Assembly (NCBI GenBank): GCA_964511665.1
Contig: CAZEHA010000016.1
Span: 242 to 64,241 of the forward strand
Reading direction: 5' to 3'
DNA: 64,000 nt
From: an uncultured Bacteroidales bacterium
Lineage (GTDB): Bacteria > Bacteroidota > Bacteroidia > Bacteroidales > ML635J-15
Shown here: positions 1-8,916 of the stretch, piece by piece
Position numbering within the stretch: position 1 is the stretch's first letter
Layout: every line of letters begins with the position of its first letter
The notes under the pieces: model-generated
Told to the model about the DNA's origin: nothing
Databases searched by the model: none
What the model saw: only the letters and a program-made list of their open reading frames with translations
Position numbers and translations under genes: made by a program

Positions 1-690
1 CTACCCGAAGTGAAAATAACTGCCGGCACATTATCCGCATACCTAAGCAAATTGATTTCCGAATCGCGCGATATTTTCAACACCCTTGCCGGAAGTTTTA
101 AAGTATTTAATTTTGAATTTAAGGGTTTCACTCCAGGTGCAAAATCAATCAGCTTTGCTACCGGGCTCAATGTGTCGGAATTATATTCCATACAAACCGA
201 TATTGATATTGCCCTTGCCGAAATTAATATCACCGTCGTACTCGTCTTTGCCGATCTGGCCGACCTCATGCAGGCAGATTCCACTATGACAATTACAGAT
301 GCTACCTTAGCAGTTACCGATGCCGAACCCGCCGAATTTGGTGTAAGCTTCGAATTTCCCGAATTCGCCGGAGTAGAATCCGATGTTGAATATGATGTAA
401 AAGTTGATTTCGGTGGAGCACTTGCCAATGCCATTCAGGTACAAATTGGCGAATTCGATCCGGTAGAAGTTGCACTGGGTGAAACTTCGGTTATGTTGAG
501 CACCCTCATGGGAACCACCCCTGAAGCAGTTGCCGGCCTAAGCGAAGAAACCAAAATGTACGACATTTCAATTACCGGTTTGGCCATCGCAGTGCACGAG
601 CTCACCATAACAGCCGAAATTACCCAGGGCGAAACTACCGAAGTTGTAGGAACAGTTGAAACCGAAATCACTGTAACTGCTGCCGAATAA
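1..690 (+). CDS. Acidic, beta-rich phage protein, probably 5'-truncated by the window edge
   Basis: Frame is open from base 1 (CTA CCC GAA GTG...); stop overlaps the next start (TAATG). Confidence 0.6.
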   Translation, partial: LPEVKITAGTLSAYLSKLISESRDIFNTLAGSFKVFNFEFKGFTPGAKSISFATGLNVSELYSIQTDIDIALAEINITVVLVFADLADLMQADSTMTITDATLAVTDAEPAEFGVSFEFPEFAGVESDVEYDVKVDFGGALANAIQVQIGEFDPVEVALGETSVMLSTLMGTTPEAVAGLSEETKMYDISITGLAIAVHELTITAEITQGETTEVVGTVETEITVTAAE

Positions 691-1187
691 TGCTCCAGGG
701 ACCAGGCATATTTATTGAAATCAAACTCGACCCGTATCTGCAGGAGTTTTTGCGTGGATACTTCGACCAAAACGGAAACGTATTCTACTGGCCAAAAAAC
801 CACGATATCACACGTAGATTTATCAGCCTGCTTAGGCCAAAGTCAGAAAATATTAAATACACGAAACCTGATAACGGAGATTGGTCTTTCAGGGTCGATA
901 TACCCTATAATACTGCAGGGCGAAATCCATTCATAGTTAACTACCTATCTCGCGATAATAACAAGCTGCTTGCAAAGCGAATCAAAGAATTTGCCGACAT
1001 GGTTTTTCACGAAGATGTAATTGCACATCGTATTGCCGGATGGGAGTATAAAGACTGTGTTTTGATATTTATGGATGACTATAATATCAGTAGCAAATAT
1101 TACGATAGATTGTTGAAAGACTTTCAAAGGCTAAGAAATAATCTTCGTCAGAAAAAATATCGAAAAAAAATACACTCATTTAATTAG
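690..1187 (+). CDS. Phage protein with basic C-terminus; candidate late-transcription activator
   Basis: 165 aa ORF, C-terminal RLRNNLRQKKYRKK, just upstream of the structural module; function inferred from position only. Confidence 0.55.
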   Translation: MLQGPGIFIEIKLDPYLQEFLRGYFDQNGNVFYWPKNHDITRRFISLLRPKSENIKYTKPDNGDWSFRVDIPYNTAGRNPFIVNYLSRDNNKLLAKRIKEFADMVFHEDVIAHRIAGWEYKDCVLIFMDDYNISSKYYDRLLKDFQRLRNNLRQKKYRKKIHSFN

Positions 1188-1229
1188 TCTTATTTGTCTG
1201 TTTGTAACAACACGTAACAAAATGAAGAA

Positions 1230-1607
1230 ATGGAAAAAATAATTTGTTCAAAAATACAATACGCATTCAGCTTTGAAGTTGAACAGGTTTTAGATAATCA
1301 AATCGAACTAAAACCGGGTTATAGTTTCAAACAAATCAATATAAATAACGCAGTGTATTCGCGAAGCTCAGATGATGCTGATGCAGGTCGGCTATTAATT
1401 GAAAAATTAGAAGTAAAGGGAAGTATAAACTTTACCGATTTCAAATTCTTGTCATACTATCCTGTTGTATTGCAACTACAAACCCACGATGGCGAATTTA
1501 TAGCAATGGGTAACACTGATACACCTGCAAGGTTTGACTCGGGGTTTAATAGAAATAACCACTGCGAATTAACCTTCAAAAGAGCGTCGTGCATGCTAAA
1601 ATCATAA
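1230..1607 (+). CDS. Phage hypothetical protein
   Basis: 125 aa ORF with A-rich initiation region, co-oriented with neighbours. Confidence 0.65.
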   Translation: MEKIICSKIQYAFSFEVEQVLDNQIELKPGYSFKQININNAVYSRSSDDADAGRLLIEKLEVKGSINFTDFKFLSYYPVVLQLQTHDGEFIAMGNTDTPARFDSGFNRNNHCELTFKRASCMLKS

Positions 1608-1633
1608 TGTGTTGGATAACTGACAGTTATAAC

Positions 1634-1669
1634 TGTCTTTTTATATAAGATAAATCGGGAATATTATTG
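1634..1669 (+). promoter_or_regulatory. Putative phage late promoter (TGTCTTTT-N20-TATTATTG)
   Basis: One of 7 intergenic copies with the same 28-nt offset; precedes the protease-capsid-tail operon. Confidence 0.65.
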
Positions 1670-1685
1670 TGCAAACAATTGACCG

Positions 1686-2546
1686 ATGTCGCAAATTCTT
1701 AACGAAATTCTTAAAGGGAGCAACTTATACTGCAAGCGCAGCGACTTTGTTTCGTTTCTCTATACAATTTTCGAGAAAACCGGCCAGCAACCCAGCCAAA
1801 AAACGGCCTATCCCCTATTATATATAAATGGTGCCGGTGAAATTAATACTGATCCCAAGGCCGAATCCGGCAAAAAAATTGCCATTGTGCCTATTTCTGG
1901 TCTCATGACCAAATATGGCGACTGGTGGACTTATGGAATAGCCGAAATTGGGGAATACATTCTCGATCTGTATAATTCTGCCGATATAGAAGGCATAATT
2001 GTTAAATACGATACCGGTGGCGGAACCATGGGCGCAATTATCGAACTGGAATCCATATTCGGAATGCGCAATAAACCGGTTTTCTCACTTATCGACAGTA
2101 ATTGCTATTCGGCCGGAATTTATACTGCAATGTTTACCGATGGCATTTTTGCAACAAACTCGAAATGCGGTGTTGGTAGTGTTGGCGTTATGACACGCAT
2201 TATAGACGATAGCAAGCTTCTCGAAAATTGGGGTATTGTGGTCCGCGAAGTATATCCCCCCGAAAGCAAATTCAAAAACAAAGCAATCAACGAAGCTATT
2301 GCCGGCAATGATGCATTGTTGATTGAGGAAATATTGTCGCCGATGGCAATTATGTTTCAGAATGCCGTAAAAAACGCCCGGCCAAACCTCGATATGTCGG
2401 TTGAAGGCATAATTGAGGGTAAAGATTTCTTTGCCGACAAGGCCGTAGATGCAAAAATGATTGATGGCATTAAAACCATGCCCGAAATGATTCAGCACGT
2501 ATTGAACTACACTACAGGCAAAACCATTCAAAATGTTCTCACCTAA
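1686..2546 (+). CDS. S49 (SppA/ClpP-fold) prohead protease
   Basis: IAIVPISGLM, DTGGG, CYSAGIY (catalytic Ser region), VGSVGV motifs; directly upstream of capsid. Confidence 0.85.
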   Translation: MSQILNEILKGSNLYCKRSDFVSFLYTIFEKTGQQPSQKTAYPLLYINGAGEINTDPKAESGKKIAIVPISGLMTKYGDWWTYGIAEIGEYILDLYNSADIEGIIVKYDTGGGTMGAIIELESIFGMRNKPVFSLIDSNCYSAGIYTAMFTDGIFATNSKCGVGSVGVMTRIIDDSKLLENWGIVVREVYPPESKFKNKAINEAIAGNDALLIEEILSPMAIMFQNAVKNARPNLDMSVEGIIEGKDFFADKAVDAKMIDGIKTMPEMIQHVLNYTTGKTIQNVLT

Positions 2547-2559
2547 ACTGTAATAAATT

Positions 2560-4587
2560 ATGAAAAAACGATTCATTGCGTTACTTGCACGTCTCGGATT
2601 CACCGATAAAGCAAAAAACAACCAGCTCACCGCTGAAGAAACCAGCCAATTGAACGCCGAGTGCGTGAAAGAACTTGGAATGGAACTGAAAAAGGTAATG
2701 GAAAAAATTACCAGTGAACAAAACAACCCCGACAGCGAAATGTTGTCGCAAATTTCGTCATTGTTGGCCGAAAACACCGACACTGAAGAAGATGACGAAG
2801 ATGATGACGAAACCAATGCCGAAGGCGAAGAGACTGAAGACGAAGACGACGACGACGAAGAACCCGAAGCTAAGAAAAAAGGCCAGAAGAATCTTCTAAA
2901 AAAAGTGAACAGCATTGTCGGTGCCAACAAAAAAATGCAACAGCAGATAAAAACCCTTGCCGAAAGGCAGGAGCCTGCTACCCCCAAAAGGGTTCTGGAA
3001 GGAAAGAAAATTGTTGCTTTTGGCGGAGCCCACACCGCTTCGCATCTGTTTGGCGTTACCGGTGCAGCTTTCGAACTGGCAAAGCCGTGGAATGCACGTG
3101 CCGCTAAGCACACTGCCCCCACCGAACGTTATTCAGAAGACGAACGCGAAATGTTGTTCCGTGATTTCAATGCCTACGGCAAAGAATTGAGCTCGCGTTA
3201 TGCACATCTGCATACCAATGGATTGTTGGGTGTTTTGGCTGCCGGCAACATGGATTACTCCGAACTCGAAAGTGACCTCGGAGCATATTACCGCGTACGT
3301 CGTCAGGATGCTATCATCGACCGCATTCGTCAGCTGCCCTCGATTGCTTCCATTTTCCCGGTTGTTTACAACATTCAGGACGAACAGGCAATGGTTGATG
3401 TTTTCGCCAGCGGAAGCTTCACCCAGGCATATCAGGCCGGCCGCGTTTTCTCGGGTGGTTTCGCATTCGAACCCCAAAAAGCAAAGGTAAAAGATGTGAT
3501 GTTCAAGTATCTGTTCAGCGACCTGAAAGACCTGGAAACTCAATACATCGGTTATCTGAATCAGGAAGGTTCCGACCCGATTAAATGGGCTTTTATTGAA
3601 TGGATCATGATGAAATGCGCCATCATTCAGCACAACGAAAAAGAGTTGCGCAGGGTGAAAGGCTACCGGGTGGAATCAACCACAGGTAAAGCTGCACATT
3701 TCATGTATGCCAGTACTGGATTCCTTCACACTGTTGAAGATCAGTACGAAAAGGAAAACCGCGTGTACGTATTCCCCACGAAACGTGCCTACACAAAAGC
3801 AACAATTCTCGACTATGTTCGCGCATTTGTTGAAGATGTGTTCATGATGAAGGATAATGTTACCGAAATATCCGAAATGCCCCTGTTCATGAACGCCAAA
3901 CACGTTCCATGGTTCAAGGAAGCATACCGTGAAAAATACGGTGAGCAAAGCGATTTTCAGGGCGAAAAAATGGAAGTGAAAGACTATCCAATGCCCAAAA
4001 TCGTTGCTATCCCCAACATGGGCGCCACACGCTTCGACATGTTCATCATGCCCGAAAATGCAGTAGAAATTCACGAAAACAAACCAGGCGAATTTTACGC
4101 ATACTACTTCCAGCGCGACCTCGAAAACCTGATGGTTTGCACCTACGGTAAAGAGGGAACATTCACATTCGGAGGCCGCAAACATGCAACCCGTGCTGCT
4201 CTTGAAGCTTCGAATGGTGCCGACACCAACATTTTCCGGAACAATCCGACTACCTTGCTTGCCGATGGCGCCACCACCTGCAATGCACTGGTAAACGAAA
4301 TGTTCGAAACTGTGAACAATACCGGCGCCACTGCCATCACCGACATTGTTGGTGCAAAACAGGGCAATGTGTACAAAATTCTCTGCGGAGGTACCACCAA
4401 TGCAACTACCATTGCAAAGACAAACAAATTCTCCGAGCTGACTGCAGCTTATATTCCCACCGCCGTTGGCGACTATCTGAAAGTAATCTACGATCCCGTT
4501 GACGAAAAGTTCCTCGAACTCGAACGTAAAGTGGGTGGTACTATCGCCGTGAACGCCAGTGTTAAAGCACCGGAATACGTGGCATAA
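2560..4587 (+). CDS. Major capsid protein with N-terminal acidic/coiled scaffold-like region and C-terminal extra domain
   Basis: 675 aa, follows the protease, poly-D/E tract in the N-terminal ~130 aa, followed by a strong hairpin. Confidence 0.75.
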   Translation: MKKRFIALLARLGFTDKAKNNQLTAEETSQLNAECVKELGMELKKVMEKITSEQNNPDSEMLSQISSLLAENTDTEEDDEDDDETNAEGEETEDEDDDDEEPEAKKKGQKNLLKKVNSIVGANKKMQQQIKTLAERQEPATPKRVLEGKKIVAFGGAHTASHLFGVTGAAFELAKPWNARAAKHTAPTERYSEDEREMLFRDFNAYGKELSSRYAHLHTNGLLGVLAAGNMDYSELESDLGAYYRVRRQDAIIDRIRQLPSIASIFPVVYNIQDEQAMVDVFASGSFTQAYQAGRVFSGGFAFEPQKAKVKDVMFKYLFSDLKDLETQYIGYLNQEGSDPIKWAFIEWIMMKCAIIQHNEKELRRVKGYRVESTTGKAAHFMYASTGFLHTVEDQYEKENRVYVFPTKRAYTKATILDYVRAFVEDVFMMKDNVTEISEMPLFMNAKHVPWFKEAYREKYGEQSDFQGEKMEVKDYPMPKIVAIPNMGATRFDMFIMPENAVEIHENKPGEFYAYYFQRDLENLMVCTYGKEGTFTFGGRKHATRAALEASNGADTNIFRNNPTTLLADGATTCNALVNEMFETVNNTGATAITDIVGAKQGNVYKILCGGTTNATTIAKTNKFSELTAAYIPTAVGDYLKVIYDPVDEKFLELERKVGGTIAVNASVKAPEYVA

Positions 4588-4593
4588 GTTAAC

Positions 4594-4617
4594 GGCTCCC
4601 GGCTTCTGTCGGGAGCC
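4594..4617 (+). other. Strong stem-loop after the capsid gene (mRNA stabiliser or partial terminator)
   Basis: GGCTCCCGGC-TTCT-GTCGGGAGCC with no clean U tract. Confidence 0.6.
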
Positions 4618-4650
4618 ATTATTGTTTCACCATTAAAAAAATAAAATAGC

Positions 4651-5658
4651 ATGAAAAAGCAAAACGCAAAACAGATAGCCTGGGCACAAAACAAAGTGCA
4701 AAATGCAACCCGAAGGTTGTTAACCAGGTTTGTAGTGATACTTACCCTTATTTTCGTTCTCCCGGCAGGTGTAATGTTTGCCATTGGCGACGAAAAGAGT
4801 GGCGAAATCGGAGCTGCAATAACAATAACCGGGGTTGGTCTGATGGCCTCTATCGGCAATATTGATGATGCGACTGCATCCGATAAATCGGGAAAATTGG
4901 TAAAAGCTAAGATGTGGATTATTTCGGAAGAAAGTTACGACGATTCTCAGCCTTTCCCTGCTCGTAATAATAGGCAGCGTGGCACAATACCGCTAAAAGC
5001 CGGAGAGTATTGGAAGTACATTAAAGCAGTTGAAGACAGTCTTGAACCGCTAAGTAATGGAGAATCAGCCGATGGAAATGATAAGATAGGCAACACACTA
5101 ACGTTTGTTGTGGGAGGCCTTGATGACAAAATTCAACAGCTTCTTGAGGGTGGTTTAGGCAAAGGTTTCTATATAGTTTGGGAAATCTGCGCAACCAACA
5201 CTAAATACCTTGGAGGCAATGGATGTAAAGCAATGCGATTAACAAAATTTGAGGGTGGGGCTGGTAAAGACCGCACAGGCTACACGCTAACATTTGAGAA
5301 CCAGTGTGGGGAACTATATTCCATCTACACCGGTACAATTAGCACCGAAGCCCCCGACACCGTTGCAGCCGACGAAACCGAAATAACGCTAACTTCAAAC
5401 TGCGCATACCAGCTTACTGATGGTTCGGTATCGGCAGTAGTGATTACCGGGTTCGATGGAGTTACCAGCGCCGATGTTGGCAGGATCCTGTCAATTTATG
5501 GTTCAGGTGGTACTTATCCCAGCACCATTACCGCGGCCAACGACTTCATTCTTACCGATGGAGAAACATGGACTGCAAGTTCGGGAAAACGCCTCGATGT
5601 TAAGGTTTTCAAAGATGGAGCCAGCTCCTACAAATTCATTGAGTTGAGTAGGGTATAG
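4651..5658 (+). CDS. Probable major tail tube protein with N-terminal hydrophobic leader
   Basis: Lies between the capsid and a -1 frameshift gene pair; beta-rich core (NTLTFVV..GYTLTFE); hydrophobic segment FVVILTLIFVLPAGVMFAIG. Confidence 0.6.
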   Translation: MKKQNAKQIAWAQNKVQNATRRLLTRFVVILTLIFVLPAGVMFAIGDEKSGEIGAAITITGVGLMASIGNIDDATASDKSGKLVKAKMWIISEESYDDSQPFPARNNRQRGTIPLKAGEYWKYIKAVEDSLEPLSNGESADGNDKIGNTLTFVVGGLDDKIQQLLEGGLGKGFYIVWEICATNTKYLGGNGCKAMRLTKFEGGAGKDRTGYTLTFENQCGELYSIYTGTISTEAPDTVAADETEITLTSNCAYQLTDGSVSAVVITGFDGVTSADVGRILSIYGSGGTYPSTITAANDFILTDGETWTASSGKRLDVKVFKDGASSYKFIELSRV

Positions 5659-5683
5659 TGGTTGTGTTTTAATTGGGTTACGG

Positions 5684-5710
5684 AAAAGCTCTCCTCGGGG
5701 AGCTTTTTTT
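5684..5710 (+). terminator. Rho-independent terminator
   Basis: AAAAGCTCTCC-TCG-GGGAGC followed by T7. Confidence 0.8.
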
Positions 5711-5711
5711 A

Positions 5712-5747
5712 TGTCCTTTGCTCAAAGTTGCTTCAAATCTAACTTTG
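5712..5747 (+). promoter_or_regulatory. Putative phage late promoter (TGTCCTTT-N20-TAACTTTG)
   Basis: Exact TGTCCTTT plus a perfect TAnnTTTG, immediately after a terminator. Confidence 0.75.
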
Positions 5748-5783
5748 AGCATTATCATTAAATTAAACTAATACATTGCTATC

Positions 5784-6377
5784 ATGAACAAACTCACTCC
5801 CGACCAAATCAACGACATGGTTGTTGCCAACGAAACAGCCGACGAAACAATATTTCAAGCCGATCTGAAACTTTACCGGCGTATGTTTCCGCACTCCAAA
5901 ATCATTAACGATCTCGAACGTGCTAACGAATTTACCCGGAAGGCACTCGATGGACGCATGCTCAAGGAGTTATTGAAAGAAATTTGCATCACCACAATTC
6001 ACGAGAACCGGTTGAAATTAACCATGAAAGCTCCGAAAATTGCCAAAAACGACAAAACCAACAAAACCAACACGCAACCAGATCCTGCCAACAATGAGGT
6101 AAGCGATAAGCTTAAAGCTGCTCAACAGGAACTACTTGCAATTGAAGATATTGCTACCATGAAGTACAATAAGTGCAAATCGTTATTGCTCCGGCTTGGT
6201 TTAAAGGTTGCTAAAAACGATACAGCAACCATTATGGCAGCGCTTAACGCACACAAGCAGCAGTTGCTTGACGCCATGCCTAAAGCAGACACTATTGCAG
6301 AAGAAGTAAGCAATGATGCTGCACATAATGCAGATGCTAATTTAGAAGGAGAAAAAAAAAGCGCGGACCAAGAATAG
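5784..6377 (+). CDS. Probable tail assembly chaperone (gpG-like, short product)
   Basis: Follows the tail tube gene; ends just after an A9 slippery run whose -1 frame is open into the next ORF. Confidence 0.55.
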   Translation: MNKLTPDQINDMVVANETADETIFQADLKLYRRMFPHSKIINDLERANEFTRKALDGRMLKELLKEICITTIHENRLKLTMKAPKIAKNDKTNKTNTQPDPANNEVSDKLKAAQQELLAIEDIATMKYNKCKSLLLRLGLKVAKNDTATIMAALNAHKQQLLDAMPKADTIAEEVSNDAAHNADANLEGEKKSADQE

Positions 6378-6838
6378 AGTTCCCAGCCATACCTTGGGAG
6401 AATACACACGATCGTAATGTACAACTGTGCATGGTGCTATATAACGACCGTGTGTTTTCTTTTGAGAGAGCTGCAAGCATCGAACACATAATAGACGCCA
6501 ACCCCAGTGAAGATAACGTAAAAGAATTGGTTAAGTGGAACAGGCGCAACCGCCAGGCACAAGAGGAACTGGTTAGCTACAATACCCACTCTCGATTCCT
6601 ATTTGTCCATCCACTTACTAAAGACTACCAAACAGCTAACGAATACATACTGTTGAAGCAGAATCAACCCAATAAGTTTTTTGATGAAGTAAGCAATGCG
6701 AAGAAGTATATCGAAAGGTATAAGAGCCTGCTGAAAAATAAGAAATACAAGGACCAGGAAGAGTATGTAAAGTTCTCCGGGCATTTGGCTAACTACGAAC
6801 ACAAGCTCGAAATGATGCAGACAGTACTTAATGCCTAA
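6350..6838 (+). CDS. Frameshift extension (gpT-like); ORF track calls 6431-6838
   Basis: Open -1 frame from the slippery site to TAA at 6838; ATG 6431 lacks an A-rich initiation region. Confidence 0.65.
   Translation, partial: RKKKRGPRIEFPAIPWENTHDRNVQLCMVLYNDRVFSFERAASIEHIIDANPSEDNVKELVKWNRRNRQAQEELVSYNTHSRFLFVHPLTKDYQTANEYILLKQNQPNKFFDEVSNAKKYIERYKSLLKNKKYKDQEEYVKFSGHLANYEHKLEMMQTVLNA
6351..6360 (+). other. Programmed -1 frameshift / slippage site GAAAAAAAAA
   Basis: 0-frame GAA AAA AAA AGC; -1 frame reads KKRGPRIEFPAIPWENTHDRNVQLC-MVLY with no stop until 6838. Confidence 0.7.
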
Positions 6839-6863
6839 TAACAAAAAATAGTTTCAATCAAGT

Positions 6864-6887
6864 AAGCGCACGCTGTGCGCTTTTTTT
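6864..6887 (+). terminator. Rho-independent terminator
   Basis: AAGCGCAC-GCT-GTGCGC followed by T7. Confidence 0.75.
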
Positions 6888-7120
6888 GTGTGCGTAAGTG
6901 TCGCAACGTATTGCGCTGCAATGCCTGTCATATTTCTGTTATTTTTGTTTTACAAAGTTTTACAATCGCTAAACTCAGCGTTGCGGTGGTAATTGTCATT
7001 TCAATGTTTTAAAAAATTTGAATATATATTTATAGCACTGTTAATCAGGCTATTATATATATTTTTTCTGACAAAACACACGAAAATAAAGCATATTGAA
7101 CCATATTTAATGTTTAACAA

Positions 7121-7156
7121 AGTCTTTTTGTAGTGTTTTGCCTGAAAATAGATTTG
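7121..7156 (+). promoter_or_regulatory. Putative phage late promoter variant (AGTCTTTT-N20-TAGATTTG)
   Basis: Same 28-nt offset; perfect -7 box; upstream box has 2 mismatches to TGTCCTTT. Confidence 0.55.
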
Positions 7157-7167
7157 CAATAAAAAAA

Positions 7168-7803
7168 TTGAACACAATAAAAGTTTATAATTTAAGCAAT
7201 CTACCCGTTGCAAACCTGCAAGACTTTAACGAATTGCAAGAAGATTTTAAAATATTTAATCCCGAAAAGAATAAAAAACTGCAAGATATTATTATTGACA
7301 GGGGTTTTAAATATGCGTTCAAAGCATGGCAGGGCGAAGACGGCAAGTTGTGGATAATTGATGCGCACCAACGAAAGGCTGCACTTATTGAACTGCAAAA
7401 AAAAGGGTATCATGTTCCGCCAATTCCTTACGAACTTATTTATGCCGAAAACAAACGCGATGCTGTAAAAGAAATTGCTGCATACAATAGTGAGTTTGCC
7501 GATAAAAATCCTGATACAATTTTATTCCAACAATATGATATTAGTGTTTCAGAATTAGAAGAATTTGAACTTAAGCAGATATCACTCGAAATTGACGAAA
7601 ATGTAAACTGGCACGAACTCGAAAACATTTCGACAAACCAACATCCACGCGACAACCAATATCGTATTAAATATGAGATTGTATTTGATAACGAAGGCCA
7701 ACAGGATAAGTGGTACAACTTCCTGAAAATGCTTAAGGACAGATATGTTGAATGCGAAACCATTGCCGAACGGATTACCAAATACATCGAAGAGCATGAG
7801 TGA
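7168..7803 (+). CDS. ParB/Srx-fold protein
   Basis: IIDRGFKYAFKAW..LWIIDAHQRKAAL ParB N-domain motif; probable start is TTG 7168 after an A-run (track start 7138 lies upstream of the -7 box). Confidence 0.75.
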   Translation: MNTIKVYNLSNLPVANLQDFNELQEDFKIFNPEKNKKLQDIIIDRGFKYAFKAWQGEDGKLWIIDAHQRKAALIELQKKGYHVPPIPYELIYAENKRDAVKEIAAYNSEFADKNPDTILFQQYDISVSELEEFELKQISLEIDENVNWHELENISTNQHPRDNQYRIKYEIVFDNEGQQDKWYNFLKMLKDRYVECETIAERITKYIEEHE

Positions 7804-8914
7804 ACGCAGCATGATACAACGTGTTGAGCTCGAAATGAATGTTTACGAAGCAGCCATTGAGCGAACTCGCGAAATCATTAACTCGCACGACCATGTTTTT
7901 GTTAGTTTTTCAGGCGGTAAAGACAGCCTCGTTGCTTTGTGCATAGTTGAAGAGGTTTATCGCCAAATGGGCATTAGCGATAAAATAAATGTCATTTTCA
8001 GGGATGAAGAGATTATACCTGATGATGTTGTGAATTTTGTTCAGGAAAAATATCATTCAGGTAAGTATAACTTTGGTTATTTCTGCCTGCAATTAAGGTC
8101 AGAAAAATATATACTGGGTAACAAATATGAATATATTCAATGGGATAAAAACCGCAATCATATACGTCCTATTCCTGAATTTGCCATTACCGACTGGAAC
8201 AATGTGTATGACCAATATAATTCTGGACCAATAACCACCAACTATGTAAAAGGTCGTAAATGTATTATAACCGGTATTCGCGCCGATGAAAGCCTGATGC
8301 GTTATCAAGGCATTGTTGCCAAAAAGAATAAACCACATGTGGCTGCCAGCATTGATGCCGATATTTGGATGGGGAGAATTATCTACGATTTTTCTGAAAA
8401 AGATATATTCAAATATTTGTACGATAACAAAGTGCCATACTGTACAATCTATGATATGCAGATGTTCAATGGTGAGGCAATGAGGGTTAGTACTCCGTTG
8501 CATGCTGAATCGGCAAAGAAGTTGTATAAGTTAAAAACAACATACCCAACATTCTACGATCAGATACTGGCTATATTCCCCGACATCGAACTACAGGCAC
8601 GGTACTACAACGACTTAGACCGATACTCGATAATGAACCGCTACGAACACTCGTTTAAAGGCATTGTTGACTATATAAATGAAAATGTTGATGAATCAAT
8701 GCGAAACATTGCTCTGAAAAGGGTTGCAGATGCACGTAAAACAAGAATTAACAATATCAAATCTGGGCATGGTGTATATGGTGGATATCCAGTATTGTAT
8801 GTTTTTAAAACAATAATTAATGGATCGTACAAACGTAAGCTATTACCTAAAAAAGACAGTAGTGTAACAGCTGTTGAAAAAGAATATGAATTGTGTTCAA
8901 ATAAACCAGTATAA
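7796..8914 (+). CDS. PAPS-reductase-family PP-loop protein (IbrA/YbdN-like)
   Basis: VSFSGGKDS PP-loop, FRDEE, TGIRADES..R, IYDFSEKDIF, MRVS; ATG 7796 overlaps the upstream stop (ATGAGTGA). Confidence 0.85.
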   Translation: MSERSMIQRVELEMNVYEAAIERTREIINSHDHVFVSFSGGKDSLVALCIVEEVYRQMGISDKINVIFRDEEIIPDDVVNFVQEKYHSGKYNFGYFCLQLRSEKYILGNKYEYIQWDKNRNHIRPIPEFAITDWNNVYDQYNSGPITTNYVKGRKCIITGIRADESLMRYQGIVAKKNKPHVAASIDADIWMGRIIYDFSEKDIFKYLYDNKVPYCTIYDMQMFNGEAMRVSTPLHAESAKKLYKLKTTYPTFYDQILAIFPDIELQARYYNDLDRYSIMNRYEHSFKGIVDYINENVDESMRNIALKRVADARKTRINNIKSGHGVYGGYPVLYVFKTIINGSYKRKLLPKKDSSVTAVEKEYELCSNKPV

Positions 8915-8916
8915 AT

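Noticed and set aside
1194-1200. TTGTCTG matching the att-arm repeat, suggesting a left att site
   Set aside because: Single 7-mer, no tRNA-end duplication nearby, and coupled phage-like genes continue to the left
2085-3122. 345-aa minus-strand ORF with poly-Ser, and the many similar antisense/nested ORFs in the track
   Set aside because: Shadow frames of real genes; the poly-Ser is the reverse complement of the capsid poly-Asp/Glu codons
6926-6961. TGTCATAT as another late-promoter copy (also TGTCTGTT at 11471)
   Set aside because: No convincing -7 octamer at the 28-nt offset
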